Shown here: positions 13,138 through 26,847 of the stretch, one piece after another
Layout: every line of letters starts with the position of its first letter
Position numbering within the stretch: position 1 is the stretch's first letter
Assembly: GCF_000315625.1 (NCBI RefSeq)
Contig: NW_005434570.1
Span: forward strand, 105,759 to 169,758
DNA length: 64,000 bases
Source of the DNA: Guillardia theta CCMP2712
Lineage: Eukaryota; Protista; Cryptophyta
Direction: 5' to 3'
Translations under genes and position numbers: made by a program
The notes under the pieces: generated by a model
The model's input: the letters and a program-made list of their open reading frames with translations, nothing else
Database searches by the model: none
Told to the model about the DNA's origin: nothing

Positions 13138-13745
13138 GGCTTGAAGCTAAACTTTGGCCAACAAAATCTGTGACGGATAACGGGTAAACTTCCCAGATCG
13201 AGAAATCCAGCCAGGTCTTGAGAGGAAGTGCGAGCGGAATGAAGGGGAACGGTGAAGACGGTAGAGACAGAGGAGCTGGTCAAAGCTTGGTGCCGAGAGG
13301 AGCGAGGCGCGGGATGCTGTCGAGGAGCAATCGCTCAGCCCTCCACAGCTTCATTGCGCCACAGTCCCCTTCTCCCAGCCGCCGGGCATCTGAAGATCGA
13401 AAGAAAAAGTTTGGTTTGTTGCAAAAGTTCCCCCACATGGGAAGGCAGCCCTTGCTGATGCACGACCATGGAGACGATCTTTGTCTAAAGTTTTAGTACC
13501 TTGAGATCTGATGACTGAAAACTCTTGGCTATTCGTTCCGGGCTTCTCGAGGGCTCACTGACCGGCTCCGTGGCTCATGGTTTTCAACACCGCCTCAGAG
13601 AGGAAGGGGGATAAAGGGCAGAAATGAACAATTAAGAAATCTTAATAAACTTTTTGTTCACGGGGTACTTACGCCTCCGAGGCGAGCTTGTTCTCTGGTC
13701 AAACTTTGTTCTTGAAAACCTTCGAAACAATTCGGGCAACCAGCC

Positions 13746-16141
13746 ATGCTGTCAGACGCCGGTGAGCAAGCAGCAGCAACTCCCCTGGTCTCTTCTCCTG
13801 CCCCTTCCTTCTCTCTTCACTGATCTTCCTTGCCCTCTACTCTTTCTACCTCCTCCAACTCACCCTTCGCCGCTCCCTCCCCTCGCTGGATCACCTCGCC
13901 CTGAGGCTCTTGACTGCCCCTTCATTCCGCCCAATCCCCTCCTCGGGCCGAAAAAGGACGAGAGGCATTGCCCTGCTATCCCTCTCACTGCAACAAGTAG
14001 CACAGTCAGCCTATGATCATGTGCTGGAGGAGAGCGAGAAAACCGTAGACGACGTAGATGACTAAGTTGAGGCAATGCCAGGTGTTTGTTTGCAGGAACT
14101 AAAACAATCTCTAATGCAAACAAGTCTGAATGAAGACCCGGAACATTGCGTCTGGAGTCTGGTTGAGCAGGTTGATAGGCCATAACTCATGGTTTCAAAA
14201 GAGTGCTGTGTTGTGATGCTCTGTTGAATCAGGCTGTCCAGTTGATTGCAGATCGAGAATCTGCAGCGGAGCGAGATGAGGTGATTACTTGATGTGTTTT
14301 TTTGGTGTGACTGATGAGAACGTATCATCAAAGATTAAAGTTCGGAGAGAGATTCTGGATCTTCAAGGTAGACTCCGATGAAAAAAGTATATTTTCTTTC
14401 TTGTAACATTCCGATCAGCGAAAGTTGTAGAGTGGCAGGGAAAATACTCAGAGTCTGAAAGTAAGTCAATGTCTTAGCCTCAGGGCAAGTATGATGCAAT
14501 ACTACTGCAGGCTATGTTGTTCAATCGCTAGACTTGCACAGGTGATTGCTTCGTTGAGGTTGATAGCGCTGAAAACTGCTTTTTCAGAGAGATCGAATGT
14601 TGCAAACAATTGCTTGATGACAGTCAATGTGAACTGTATACATTTGTTATGTTTAACCTGATGCTTGACGAGAAGTGTATAGCGAGCAGCAAAGATTGAA
14701 ATACGAGATAGCTTTATCGGAAAATTGTGTCCTGTCAGAAAGGCAAAGTACCAGGATTGATTCAGCGTTAATGATAAGATTTCAAGGATACAATGTGCTT
14801 TCGAGTATGCAGAGCTTCTCGTTCGCGACCTTCGGTATAACTGACCGAGTCAAAGCTGAATGACTGACAAGCTCTCTTGAAAGAAAGCTAGAAGCTTACA
14901 TAAAGTCACAAGTATTGGTTGTTCAAGATGAAAGGCATAATGTAGATCGGATCATTGCGTTGAAGAGAGGAGTTTGTAATTTAGCGTTCTGTCAGAACAA
15001 GACGAATGACGCCCCGTATAAATCACACCTGAAGACGATCGAGGAAAGAGATCAAGTGTCAAGATCCTTGGATCGGGATGATGAATGTTAGTGCAGGCTC
15101 AGTACAGGGCAGCCGAACGTGCTATCAATCTTCTCAACATAGAGCAAGCCAAAGGTTTACAGCAACTTCAGGAAGCAGATTCGAGGTGAGGAGCTTTTGA
15201 AGGTGCCAAATGAGTTCGAATGATATGTGCCTGCAAGGATCTCCGAGCTCTTGAGGTTCCAGCATGCCTTGCAGGTATCTCTCCGCTCGCTCCCACATGT
15301 GACGGGGCTGCGATATCAAGGAACTGACGCTGCTGGGACGTGACCGCTCGTCGTTCAGGGAGACCTCCAGGAAGCTCGTGAGCTGATAGCTCAACTTCAG
15401 AATGAAGTGAAAGTTTCCCAAGACAAGGTTCTGCGTCTTCTCGCTAGAGTCTCCGTGGTGAGATGACAGCAGGTAAAAGAGAAGGAGCACATGGTAGAGG
15501 TCTTGAGGAGGCAGCTTCATGGGTCGTCGGTCAAGGGGTCTGCACCAAGACTGAACCATGGTCGCTCCTGGCGGTCTAGTGCACGATGCGGGCTCACTGA
15601 CAGAGCAGAGATCATCCGAGGGCTTGAGAGTCAGCTCAAGGTGGCGAGGGAGGAGGTGAGTGGTGTAATGGGGAGTCGAGGGTGACGATGACCAACCTGC
15701 GAGCAGATATCAAGACTTTCGCGATCGAAGCAGGACGAGGCAGATATTTCTCAGCACGCATCCTTGGACTGCTGAATGCTAACTGGTGGTCCCAGAGTCC
15801 GTGGTTGCCCATGATCAACTTCGACGAGCTGCTCTTCGGCAAGGCCTCGGCCCTGGTACACTCGGGGTCTTCCCTCAAAGTAGCAGAGCCCTTGGCGATC
15901 CCCAAACATAAAGGAAGCGGCCAGGAGGGGGATGGGAGTATCTTGGGGTGTAGCGACTTCACGCTTGTCTCTCTGAGGGAGCACAACTCGTACTTGCAAG
16001 GAAAGGTAAGCTCGTCGCTGTCCAGTGCAAGCGACTATTGACGGACGGGGGGTTGACTTTTCCTGAGAACAGGTCAAGGCGCAGGAGGTTCTAATTGCTG
16101 AACTCAACGCCAGATTAGGGCTTCCGGCCAAGAGCAACTAA
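13746..16141 (+). CDS. Hypothetical multi-exon coiled-coil protein
   Basis: Exon-like pieces (EIIRGLESQLKVAREE; ADIKTFAIEAGRGRYF...LQGK; VKAQEVLIAELNARLGLPAKSN*) have GT-AG boundaries. The start is a guess. Confidence 0.4.
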
Positions 16142-16413
16142 GCGGGGAACTTCGGAAGCCGGAACCGTGACTGCCAGGCATCATGGCATTGAAACCGTCC
16201 CAATTGTCTACATCCGACTGCCACGTCGGATCTCGGGCACACCACTGACTGCAATGACCGTACTATGGCGTGACTTTCAAGCCGGAAGTTCTCCTGGCCG
16301 CGTAAAGCCTTGAAAGCGCGGCCTGCCGCCCGGTGCCTCTCGTGCCGCAGTGTCAAGGGCAAGCCTCCCTCTTCGACTCTCCTGCCAGATTGTCCTACGG
16401 TACTGAGTGTTTG

Positions 16414-16564
16414 ACTTAACTTTGAGTAAACTCCAGACTGTAACCGAGTCACCGGGCCGGCGGCCCGGACCGTACGGTCACAGTCAAGTGGCCGAAGGCT
16501 TGTGTAAAAGGGGCAGACTCGGCATGTCACTCAACCTCTATCTTTACTCAAAGTTAAGTTAAAA
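16414..16564. repeat. Inverted repeat of ACTTAACTTTGAGTAAA; the motif recurs at 49295-49314
   Basis: 16414-16430 is the reverse complement of 16543-16559. 16545-16564 is the exact reverse complement of 49295-49314. Confidence 0.8.
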
Positions 16565-17508
16565 CCTCTATCTATTTGCCCCAACAAAAAGAGATCTTTG
16601 TCCTTCCAAGGGTGGGTAGTTGAAGGTCAAATAGAGGGTAGTCAATTCCAGAGAGCTGGACGGGTGGTCCCTTTTTTGCCCAACTGGGGTAGTACCCGAT
16701 ACCACTGGGCGCGGGGGGCCGTAAAGATCAATTCAGTCGTAGGGTGGGTTATAAATGTGGGGTGGGTGGTACACTGTACTTACAACGATGAGACAAAGGG
16801 GGCGGTACTGAGATAAAAGAAAATAGAAGGGGTGGGTAGTCAAATCCAAACATTACCGAATGGGGTAGGGTGGCCTTTTTAGGCGGGTAGTTGAGATCAA
16901 GATTTGAGTTTGGACGGTGAAAAGGAATAATGGTGGAGAGAAAGGCAGCAGAGGAAAGGAGGGAAGAGGTGAGGAGAGGAGAGATAAGATAGCTGAGAAT
17001 GAAAGACATAAGAAAAACAGTTGCAGACATGTTGCAGGTGATCTTATAGAGTGATACTGATTGATCACGCTTGAAAAATGATCAGAACGGGAAGGACTGA
17101 AGGTCTCGATCCAAAACAGGAGCGATAAAGATTTGATGATTATGACGTGAATGGATTTGTATTGAAGATTCAAAAGGTCTTGAAGTCCAGGTGTATATTC
17201 AGCAGCGTCGTAAGTTTGTTGCTTTCAGACAAGGACAGAAGGGATCGGGCAGTTGTCCACGATTTTTCAGCAAAACATGTTAACAGAGATATGTCGAAGA
17301 GTAGGTGTACTGATTAGGGGAGACGATCGTCGTGGTATGACTAGATACGTCGTGTGATGAGAAAAGCGAATCAGCCCTGGAGCAGAACATTGTTGGAGGA
17401 AGGGAAAAATGATCAGAACAGTCAGCAAACTTCGAACCTACACGCATCGCTTGCTTGACGCAGCTGTTCTCGCAGGACATTTTAAGCGCTGGTTGACATC
17501 CTGCAAGG

Positions 17509-20500
17509 ATGAGCATGTTGGATCCTTGCAACCCAAACTCACCCTACCAAGGAGTGATAGCAAGCGATAGGCCCACGATCTGCATGTGGGACTCCAAGAA
17601 CCCTGCCCTCCACCACCATGCTCGTCTGACAAGCCCGAGCTCGGCAGGGCAGGAAGGGCAGAGGCAGCACCTGGGATGGAGGGAGGCGAAACTTCGGATA
17701 ACAGACAAGATGCATCTTGACACCAGTGACTTCATTCCCTCTGGAAAAGCCTCTCCCATCTCCTTCAGCGCCTCCTGCTCCCCTCTGATACATGGCTCCA
17801 TGAGGAGTGTGATGGTGGAACCGACATGCTCTGCCTTACATCTGGAGAATGGCTGTTTGCGAGCTGATGGTGGTCATGAAGCTGTTGATCAAAGATACCT
17901 TTGGCACCTCGCTCCTCAGTCTCCGTCTTCTGTCATGAGCTATGAGGTGAACATCCTCGAAGTCATCAACGACTACACGAGGAAGAAGTGTATGGAAACG
18001 ACGGCTGTGCCCCCTCTACAGTTCCAGAGCGAACATCTCAATGCGGTAAACAATTGTTATTGACTTGCGCTCTGTTCCCTACCTTTCCGAGTCATGACAT
18101 TCGCGACATTTCCAGATGCAAGATGTTGCTTCTTGTGAACTTCCCGATCTAGACTACAACGCGACGTCGAGCAGCATGTTGGATGTAACGCAAGACAGAT
18201 CTCAACACATGATCAACATGGCTGCCTTGCCTGAACCAGCTGGGCATGTGGGCGATGGTCTGGTCAGACGACTTCGGGCAGCCTATGAGGCTGTCATGGA
18301 GGACGGAGCAGAAGATTGCAGAGAAGCCTGTCATCTGATTTGTGAAGATGTTGTCTGCAGAACTCTCTTGTCCCCTGTTGTGGAGACTGTCAAGAGAGCT
18401 GTTGAGGTTGCTGATCGCGACATCAGCAGCTCTTGCGAGCTGGGCGGTATCGATGTCTCAACTTGCTCGGCACCTCCCGAGTGCTATGACGGGATGGTTG
18501 GATATCTGAAGAAGATCGTGACAAGAAGCATCGATCACAAGGTCGGAGTTTTCTTGCGTTCTAGAAGGACTGACATGTCAGATTCGCAGAGCAAGATCAC
18601 GGACGAGCTGAAATCAGCCGACCGAGCACACAACGGGACTGACCGGTTCGAGGTTGTCAGCCTTTGGCACTCTTTGCTTCTCCTCCTTATGCAGTTCCTT
18701 CAGTCCTTGTTGATGCAAGCTAAGGCGTATCGCAAATCCATCGATGTCTTGTCACAAGATATCATGTCAAAGAATCAGGTAAAAAGATTCAATCGGCTGC
18801 ACGCCTTTTCCTATTTTCCCCTCATTTCTTCTATCGCCTTCACCGCCACCTGGGCTCACTCCTTTTCTGCTGTAAACTCCCTCAGCCTGCCACTTCATCT
18901 TTGCTCTTAAAATCACCTTTGGACTCCCAGCAGAACCTTTCTAGCCCCCCTCTCACTGTTGAGCAGGAAAGAGAAAGCAGGCATGACGATCTCTGCACGA
19001 AGATCTCCAACATCTTCGGAGCTCAGGTTTGCTCGTACCCTCCTACCCTCCAGTGGAAATCGCTGACGTCTCTGGGCAGGGGCATGCAAGCAGGAAGGAG
19101 CAACTTGACCTCCGGGCAACGAGGATACACAAAGAGACGGTGGGATGATATTGCCGTCCTCCTTGCTCTTGCCCGATCGTTTCTGCTCCTGCCTCCTGCC
19201 CCTACATTTCACTCACTGTACTTTCCCTCCCACTTGCCTTCTCTTGCAACTTCGTTTTCCTTTTCCTGACCTGTCTTTTAGATTCGCTCTCTGGAGGCTC
19301 TAGACCAGATGGAGAAATCTCTTGTTCAGGTGATATTTATTGCTCGCCCACTCTCGCTCTCGCTTTCTGACTCTTTCTCAGTCCCAAGAAACTCTCCATG
19401 ATCGTTGCAGGTTGTACGGAGCAACATCTTTGCCGATTCTCTTTGCTTTCTTTCTTGCTTTCTTCTGTCGAATCCACTGTCTTCCGGTTCCTTCCCTGCT
19501 CTGCCCTGGTCTTGTATTGTCTTGTCTGTTTCAGCTACATCTCACCATATTTGGTGTCACATTGAAAGTACCGTTCCTTACACGTCGCTGCAGAGATTCT
19601 GAAGAATACATCTCCTCTGAGGTTTCTTCCTCGATGTAGATTTTTGTTTGACATTTGACACTCGTCATGCAAGTTGTTGAAGACTGCTGAGTCAAAATCA
19701 AACTGCGAGGTTGAGGTATGGAGCCTTTGATATCTCATATCTTGCAATGAAGGTGAATTTTCAGATCAAAGATATCCTCCAGACCATTCAAAAGAATGTG
19801 AGAACGTCAATCGCTCATTTTGCGTTATAAGTTGTTTTGCTGCTGATATTCATCATTGTTACTACGAACACTTTCTTTGGATTGATGACTCTGGTTTTGT
19901 ATGTTGTCACGTATAGCTGGTCTTCGACTTTGTGACTTGCGATGTGACTTGCGATGTGACTTGCGATGCCGATGACCGTTTTCCAACAACCTCAGATCCT
20001 CGAACTGGAGACATGGCAGAGGTGTTTTCATCTCAACATTTCAAACTTTTGTCACTGAACCCTGAGAGCAGCAAGTTGTTGTCGGCTGAGAACATGGAGA
20101 CCCAGCTCAAGGATTGCAAAGTGGATTCTCTGCCGTCCAAGACGAGTCTCTGTTGATCTTGATTGCAAACAGGTCAAGTACGAGGAGTCGAAGATGATGG
20201 GGATGCAAGAGCTGAAGAACAAGTGAGATTTACATCTTCTTTCCCCGCGCTCATCGACTTGTCAAGGTTGGATGAAGTTCGAGAGGCGAAAGCTCGCATG
20301 CAGAAACGGTTGAGAGCAATAGACCTCGCAAACGACAGGTGGTGTAGTGTCATGTGTGATGTGATGTGATGTGATGTGATGTGATGTGATGTGATGTGAT
20401 GTGATATAGGATGTGATATGTGATCTGCAATGTGATGTGATCAATGTTCTTTTCATTGCAACCATGAGCAATTAATTCTTACACTACTTGCCTCTTGCAG

Positions 20501-23014
20501 GGCCTCCGCTATTCTTGACACCATCGAGAGGATTCAGAGCAGCAAGTCACGAGAAGTGAGTTGTAATGTTTGCTTTCTCAAGGATTCCTTCGTGTTATTT
20601 TCTTAGTTTTATCCTCATGTTGTCTTCTCTACAGGTCATTGCGTTGGAATTCAGTGAACGACTCAAACATTATCAAGACGTTTCTCTACTCAACAGGAAT
20701 CTTCAAGTATTTCTTTGTTGTTACTTTCCTTCGTACCTCTCCTCTCCTCCTCCCTCCCTCTCTCTCTGTCTCTCAGCTATCCCCACTCCCCACCCCCCCC
20801 CCGACACGTTCTCCTTCCTCCCTCAACAACGGCGCAGGTGCAGTACATGCGAGCTCAAAGGATGCACTCAGACTGGGAGGCTGCAGGTGAGAAACGTGGC
20901 TGAGAATCAACACACTCATCAACATTTCTCAATGAACATCAACGTTTGCATTACACGACCATCACAACATACATTCATAACATGCATCCGTAACATACAT
21001 CCGTAACATACATTCATACATTCAGTGCTTGCATTCACTACATCCTGTCTTGCAACTTTTGCCCCCTTTCCCTTATGAAATTTTCTTGCAGTCAAGTCAA
21101 CTTCAACCTCCTCTGTCCAACCTTCTTGCCCTCCGACCGCTCCGCCACCTCCCGCCCCGCAGGAAACTGCTGTGTCTCATCCTCGTCCTCGCCGTGTCTG
21201 GAGCTTGTGGCGGAGGACGGCAAGTTCTCCAACATCATCGGCGACGGAGCACCGCTCAGCATGCAAGCTGTTCTGGTTGAAATCGATCCAGTGCGAGGTA
21301 AGGACAAGGAGGAGTGGAGGAGCCGCTGACGCTGCTGAGCAGGAGGAAAGTGAGAACGAGTCCTGGGAGGAGATGATGGAGAGGTGGAGCAGTTATGCTC
21401 AGAGATGCTTCGCGACAATCTTGACGTTTGCAAGGAACCACTCAAGCTCGATCAAGGTTGTCATCAGTATCAATCTTGTCTGCTGGCTGTCCGTGACATT
21501 CTTTTGATGGTCCACTGAAAATCTTCACGTCGACTTGTCGAGACAGATCAGACATGCTGACGTCAGATCTTACTGTTCTTCTGTTCAATCATCTCACCTC
21601 CGTTCTTCAGAATTCCTTCGAGTTCGAATGGTTGGGAAATAATTTACTCTGGCAGCCGCCTTACAACACCATAGGTTCCCCTGCCGCCTACTGTCCTACG
21701 TCCTCTCGTCCCTGCCTGCCCTCCTCCTCCTCCTCCTCCTCCTCCTCCTCCTCCTCCTCCTCCTCCTCCTCCTCCTCCTCCTCCTCCTCCTCCTCCTCTA
21801 TGCTCTCCTTGTCTCATCATTTCTCAGAGGGGGACATGGATGGGCTCATGGATGTCTCAAACTGCATGGGCTTGCAACTCGTAAGACCTCCGAGCTCGAC
21901 TGCGCATGCCGCTTTCGCCTCCTTCCTCCATGTCTTCCCCGGCTACCTCTGTTCCCCTCTCCCTCCCTCCCTCCCTCCGTCCGTCTGTCTCCCTACAAGC
22001 TCTCTTTTCCTAGCTCCCTACCTACCTCCCTCCGTCTCTTCCCCCTTCAACCCTCGCTCCCTCCTCTTACCACTTCTCTTCTCAGTGCCTTGTGGACAAC
22101 GCGTGGGCAGCCTCCAAGTCGCTCGAGTACGCTGCCTCCGATTCTTCCCTCATCATCCTCTCCACCGCCGACTCTTCCTGCGAATGGATCGCACAGGTCA
22201 ACAGAGCACGCGCTCCCTCCTCCCACGTCCATGCATCCTTCTCGTCTACTCTTTCATCATCCCCTCCTCCAACCCTTCTTCCTGCTGTCTTTCTCCCCTC
22301 CTCCGCCTCCTCCTCCTCCTCCTCCGCCTCCTCCTCCTCCTCCTCCTCCTCCTTTCTCCTCCTCCTCCTGTTCCCCCCTCTCACCACGAGCGCGAGCAGG
22401 AGAACGTGCGCGTGGAGGAGACCCGCGAGCATCTGCTGTGCCTCCGAGGCCTCAAGGTAGATCAGAACATCAGCACCACAATCCGCATCCTCTCCTCCCG
22501 CACAGGCGAGGTGCTGTCCGAGCATTCGATCAGGGGCCAGAGGCTGGCAGGGATGGACGACCCGGATCTGTACAAGGAGGAGGAGAGGAGAGACGAGAGG
22601 GAGGAGGAGGCGCTGGTGGTGTACAGGAAGACAAACTTGCGCGCTAACTGCGGGAAGGCGATAAGGGTTGAGTTTGTTGCTAATTGCACATCCCTGTCCG
22701 TCAAGATCATCTTCTGTCCTGTTCGAGCTGGGCAGCAGGTGAAGAAACAAAGTGTTGGTTCTGCCTGGCCTTATTTTTGTTTCGTTGGTTTGTGTTGAAA
22801 TGTTGTCACTTCTTATGTTCTTCTGTCTTCCCGGTCTTTGTTGTTCTGGATTTTGTTCCTCCTCATTGTTGTATGTGTGTTGAAGAATGTTTCTCTTTCC
22901 TCACTGCTTTTCTTCAATTTTGATTCTTGTCACCCTGCTCAGATTCACATCGGCTCGATCGAGCTGAGCCCGAAGATGTCGTCGGGGCTCGAGTGTGATC
23001 TGGACTTGTTGTAG
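17509..23014 (+). CDS. Large hypothetical multi-exon protein (may be two genes)
   Basis: Long exons at 17509-18045 and 18116-18650, coiled-coil exons at 19-20.9 kb, more exons at 21.1-22.7 kb, and a final exon IHIGSIELSPKMSSGLECDLDLL*. No domain recognised. Confidence 0.45.
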
Positions 23015-23386
23015 ATTAGAGATGACCAAAACTTTATTTGCTATGTCGTAAACATGTGATGAAAGGTGGATCTTTGTTTTGAGATTAAGCACATCTATTG
23101 CAAACAGAAGAACATGTTGCGTTCTCAAACAGCGATGCCTTTAGATGTGAAAATGAGACACCACATGAGATCTCAAGATGCAAGTTGTTGAAAGAGCATC
23201 AGGTATCTGTTGTATTCTTGTTCGCACTTGCTTCTTGTTGCTTCAAGTAATCGTTTACTTGTCCGACTTGTCGTGGTCCTCGTGCTATCCTCCTCCTCCT
23301 CCTCTCCTCCTCCTCCTCCTCCTCCTCCTCCTCCTCCTCCACCACCACCACCACCACAACCACCAACACCAACACCAACACCTCCT

Positions 23387-23486
23387 NNNNNNNNNNNNNN
23401 NNNNNNNNNNNNNNNNNNNNNNNNNNNNNNNNNNNNNNNNNNNNNNNNNNNNNNNNNNNNNNNNNNNNNNNNNNNNNNNNNNNNNN
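23387..23486. other. Assembly gap (100 N); other gaps at 49578-49677, 57916-58015 and 60199-60298
   Basis: N runs; three of the four adjoin microsatellites. Confidence 0.99.
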
Positions 23487-23720
23487 CACCACCAACACCA
23501 CCACCTCCTCTCTTCCTCCTCCTCCTTCTCCTCCTCCTCCTCCTCCTCCTCCTCCTACCCACCGCCGCCACAACCACCACCACGACCACCTCCTCCTTCT
23601 CCTGCTCGGCTCAACTTCGGTCTGCTACCAACAAAGACGATTGACATTTGCAACGCAGCAGACTGTTTTGTAAAACAGGATGAACTGACTTGTGTCTAAA
23701 CGTTTGATATGCTTCAAATC

Positions 23721-25200
23721 TCATGCCATGGCAAACTCAGTCCCATCTTTTCTTGTCACCCGCTGGAAGTATCTGAATTCAACGTTGTCAGCGCAGACAT
23801 CATGAGCATATGTAACTTCAAAGATCAAAACACAACATGTGAATTCAGAGATCAAAACACAACATGTAAATTCAGAGATCAAAACACAACATGTGAATTC
23901 TGAGATCAAAACACAACATGTAAATTCAAAGTTCAAAGCACCAGTACAGCCAGCCAAACGCAACTCCATCACCTTGCGGGTATAACTCCATCAAATCCTT
24001 CTGTAAGGATCACCCCATTGCCCGATCGATAAAACTTACATCCATCTTGCATCGCCTGTGAAACATTCATCACATGTCAGAACCCAACCTTACTTCTATC
24101 ACCTTTGCTGCATCTACGAATATCAACAATTCGCAGTTTTCTCTGAAACCGCTCACTTTCTCCTGGCCTGACCTCGGCTGATAGGAAAGAAACAAACGTG
24201 AGTTACAAAATGTGTTTGTTAGATCGACGACTTGGCTGACCTGGAGGTCTGTTAAATGAATGTGTTGTCTGCTCATTCTCTTCAATCCGTCTTGTCTGAT
24301 CCTTCACAATGCTCGCACTTCACATCTAACTTGTCATGTCGAGAAAACTCACAAGTCCCAATGCTTCAAATAAGTTCCATGAATGCAAACTTGTGGCGGC
24401 TGATAGTTTCATCGTCATCGTCATCGCCGCAACAAACAACATCCCCACCTCTCTCATCGCTTCCAACAAGTTCTCCTGCTTCACATGTGCTGCAACCTTG
24501 CAAGTGACATCAGCAACGTGTTCGATCAGTACATGAGATATTCACAAGCTGCCCGTGCCCTTGTTGTGCTCGCACTCTCAGTTGAGCCCCAGCCATGATC
24601 AACTGAGCACGTCCGAGTCACAAGCACGCAAAACAGCAAGTTAGGAGGAAGGAGAGGCTAAGTAGGAAGGGAAGAAAAATGCAGGCAGGGAGGGAAGAGA
24701 AGGCAAGGCAAGGCAAGGGGGGGGGAGGGAGGGAGGGGAGGGGGGGAGGGAGGGGAGGGAGGGGAGGGATGGATAGCTGGAGAGAGCTGGGGTACGAGCG
24801 TGAAGAGTGAAAAAGAGAGCAAGAGGAAGGAGGACATGTTTATCACCACAAATCGTTTCTTGTCATTGTGTTCTACCACCTTACGGACATCAGCAACGGT
24901 GTATCCTGCTGGAGATCAGTTTCTCCCCTTGCTCCTCCCTTCCTTCTCCTGCTCGTCCTGCTCGTCCTGCTTGTCCTGCTCGTCCTGCTCGTCCTGCTCC
25001 TCCCCTCCCCTCGTACCTCGGAAACTCGCATGCCTCAGCATTTCCTCCACCGATACAGTACCATCATCCTCCATTGCGACCCCTGCCATCACAACTCGTC
25101 ATGGGCAGGCGTCCCACCCTAACTCCTCACCAGCTGAGATCGCGCCATGGCGGAGAAGCCAGCTCATCTTCTTGCTGAGACCCACCAGCCGCCCGTCCAT
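23721..25200 (-). CDS. TPT1: tRNA 2'-phosphotransferase (Tpt1/KptA); an N-terminal extension to ~25518 is possible
   Basis: LSKKMSWLLRHGA, NDKKRF, LRVRAQQGH, CIHGT, LKRMSRQHIHL, SGFR and FYRSGNGVILTEG are the hallmark Tpt1 motifs, in order. Confidence 0.92.
23822..23929. repeat. 27-bp minisatellite x4 in the last TPT1 intron
   Basis: AGATCAAAACACAACATGT(G/A)AATTC repeated four times. Confidence 0.9.
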
Positions 25201-25808
25201 CTTGAAGGATGAGACGACCGTCTCCTGCGATCTGCATGAGGAGGTTCGCGAGCGGTCGGGGCTGCCATGCTGACCTTGCCCGACGGCGGTAGGGTCGATG
25301 CCGACGATGAGCAGAAGAACGATGCAATGCACACGAGGAGAGAGAGAGAGGAGGTCGTGATGGATGATGGGAACACAAGGCAAGACCAGGAAAGAACGGG
25401 AGCGGGAGCAGGAGGAGGAGCAGGAGCAGGAGCAGGAGCAGGGGCAGCAAGAGCGAAAATTCGGAGTGGAGGCCGAAACGGGGGCAGGGCGAAGCTTGAG
25501 ATAGGGAAGTATATCCATATTACTTAATACCATACTTAAAGGATATTACACCTTGAAGGGGTGGGAGGGAGGGAGCGAGGGCCAAAGTCAGTATCCCGTT
25601 GGTATGACAGGGTGGACGCCAGCTCCAGGGACTCGCATCCCATAAGAGACTCCTCCTCCTCCTCCTCCTCCTCCTCCTCCTCCCTTTCCTCTATGCTTCT
25701 CTGACACTCCCTGCACTCGGATCCCTTCCTCTCACTACAGCTATCCCTTCCGTCCTGTCCCGATCCGTCCGTTGACTGCCATGCCTTGAACGTGAAGAAG
25801 CTCGCATC

Positions 25809-26714
25809 ATGAGGAAGAGGCTGGACTTCGAGCTCTGCATGTACATTGCGATATGGTATTTCTCTTCCGTCGTCTGCACCAACACCACCAAGACCGTGAA
25901 CTTACACTGGGCGCTCCTGACCCTGACGCAGCTGAGCCTGTCGGCCCTGTGCGGGTTCCTCATGATCTTCGTCTTCGGGTTCATTCCCTACAGGCCGCTC
26001 ACGAACTTCTACCAGCTCCGCTACACAGCCTTCGTCTCCTTCTGGTTTGTGGTTGGCTTCGTCACCCTCAACGAGTCGATCCGCATGATGAGCATCTCGA
26101 TCGTGATGACGTATCGCGCCGCCGAGCCTCTCTTCACCATGGTCCTCTCCTTCTACCTCAACAAGAAGGAGAAGCTGTCTTGGCTCAAGATCGTGTCTCT
26201 CGGGCCCATCATTGTGGGAGCGATCTTATCCTCGTTGTCACAGAAGCAGGCTACATACAGGGGCATTCTCACCGTCACTCTCTGCAACCTCTCGTGGGCC
26301 CTGATCAGGATCTACACGAGGAGGCTGAAGCAGGAGTACTCGCTCGATGCCTGTAACTTCTTCTTCCAGATCTCGTACCTGGGAGCTTGCCAGCAAGCTC
26401 TTGTCCTTTTGCTCCTCTCTCCTCGCATCAACCAGCTCGACGAGGTCAGCGGTCACTTGCACGCAGACGCTGGATTTGCGCTTCACCTTCTCATCAATGG
26501 GCTGACGTTCTTCCTTTACCTTCAAATGTCGTGGCTCGTTCTGGCCAGAGTGTCGGCGGTGACTCACTCTATCATCAACTCCCTCCGCCTCCCCTTCCTG
26601 TGTGTGTTTGGGTGGTTGCAGTTTGGAGAGAATCTTTCTAGTATCAACATGCTGGGGATAGCATTGGCATCAGTTGGAGCAGTGCCATTCTTTGTTATCA
26701 AGGACAAGAGGTAA
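25809..26714 (+). CDS. Triose-phosphate/nucleotide-sugar transporter family protein (TPT/SLC35E-like, DMT fold), intronless
   Basis: 301-aa multi-TM ORF with WYFSS...TK, YRAAEPLFT and VSAVTHSIINSLR motifs. No obvious targeting leader. Confidence 0.85.
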   Translation: MRKRLDFELCMYIAIWYFSSVVCTNTTKTVNLHWALLTLTQLSLSALCGFLMIFVFGFIPYRPLTNFYQLRYTAFVSFWFVVGFVTLNESIRMMSISIVMTYRAAEPLFTMVLSFYLNKKEKLSWLKIVSLGPIIVGAILSSLSQKQATYRGILTVTLCNLSWALIRIYTRRLKQEYSLDACNFFFQISYLGACQQALVLLLLSPRINQLDEVSGHLHADAGFALHLLINGLTFFLYLQMSWLVLARVSAVTHSIINSLRLPFLCVFGWLQFGENLSSINMLGIALASVGAVPFFVIKDKR

Positions 26715-26847
26715 GAACAAGCAGCTGAAAGGAGCAAGCTGGTGGCGTTCTCAACGAACAGGATAAAACAATAAACAAAATCTACAGGGCACCACAATGC
26801 TCCCATAGCACTAGGACACAAATAGCGGAAATGAACGACTGTATCCA

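Noticed and set aside
23822-23929. 27-bp array as CRISPR or a coding repeat
   Set aside because: The units are head-to-tail with no spacers and lie inside a TPT1 intron.
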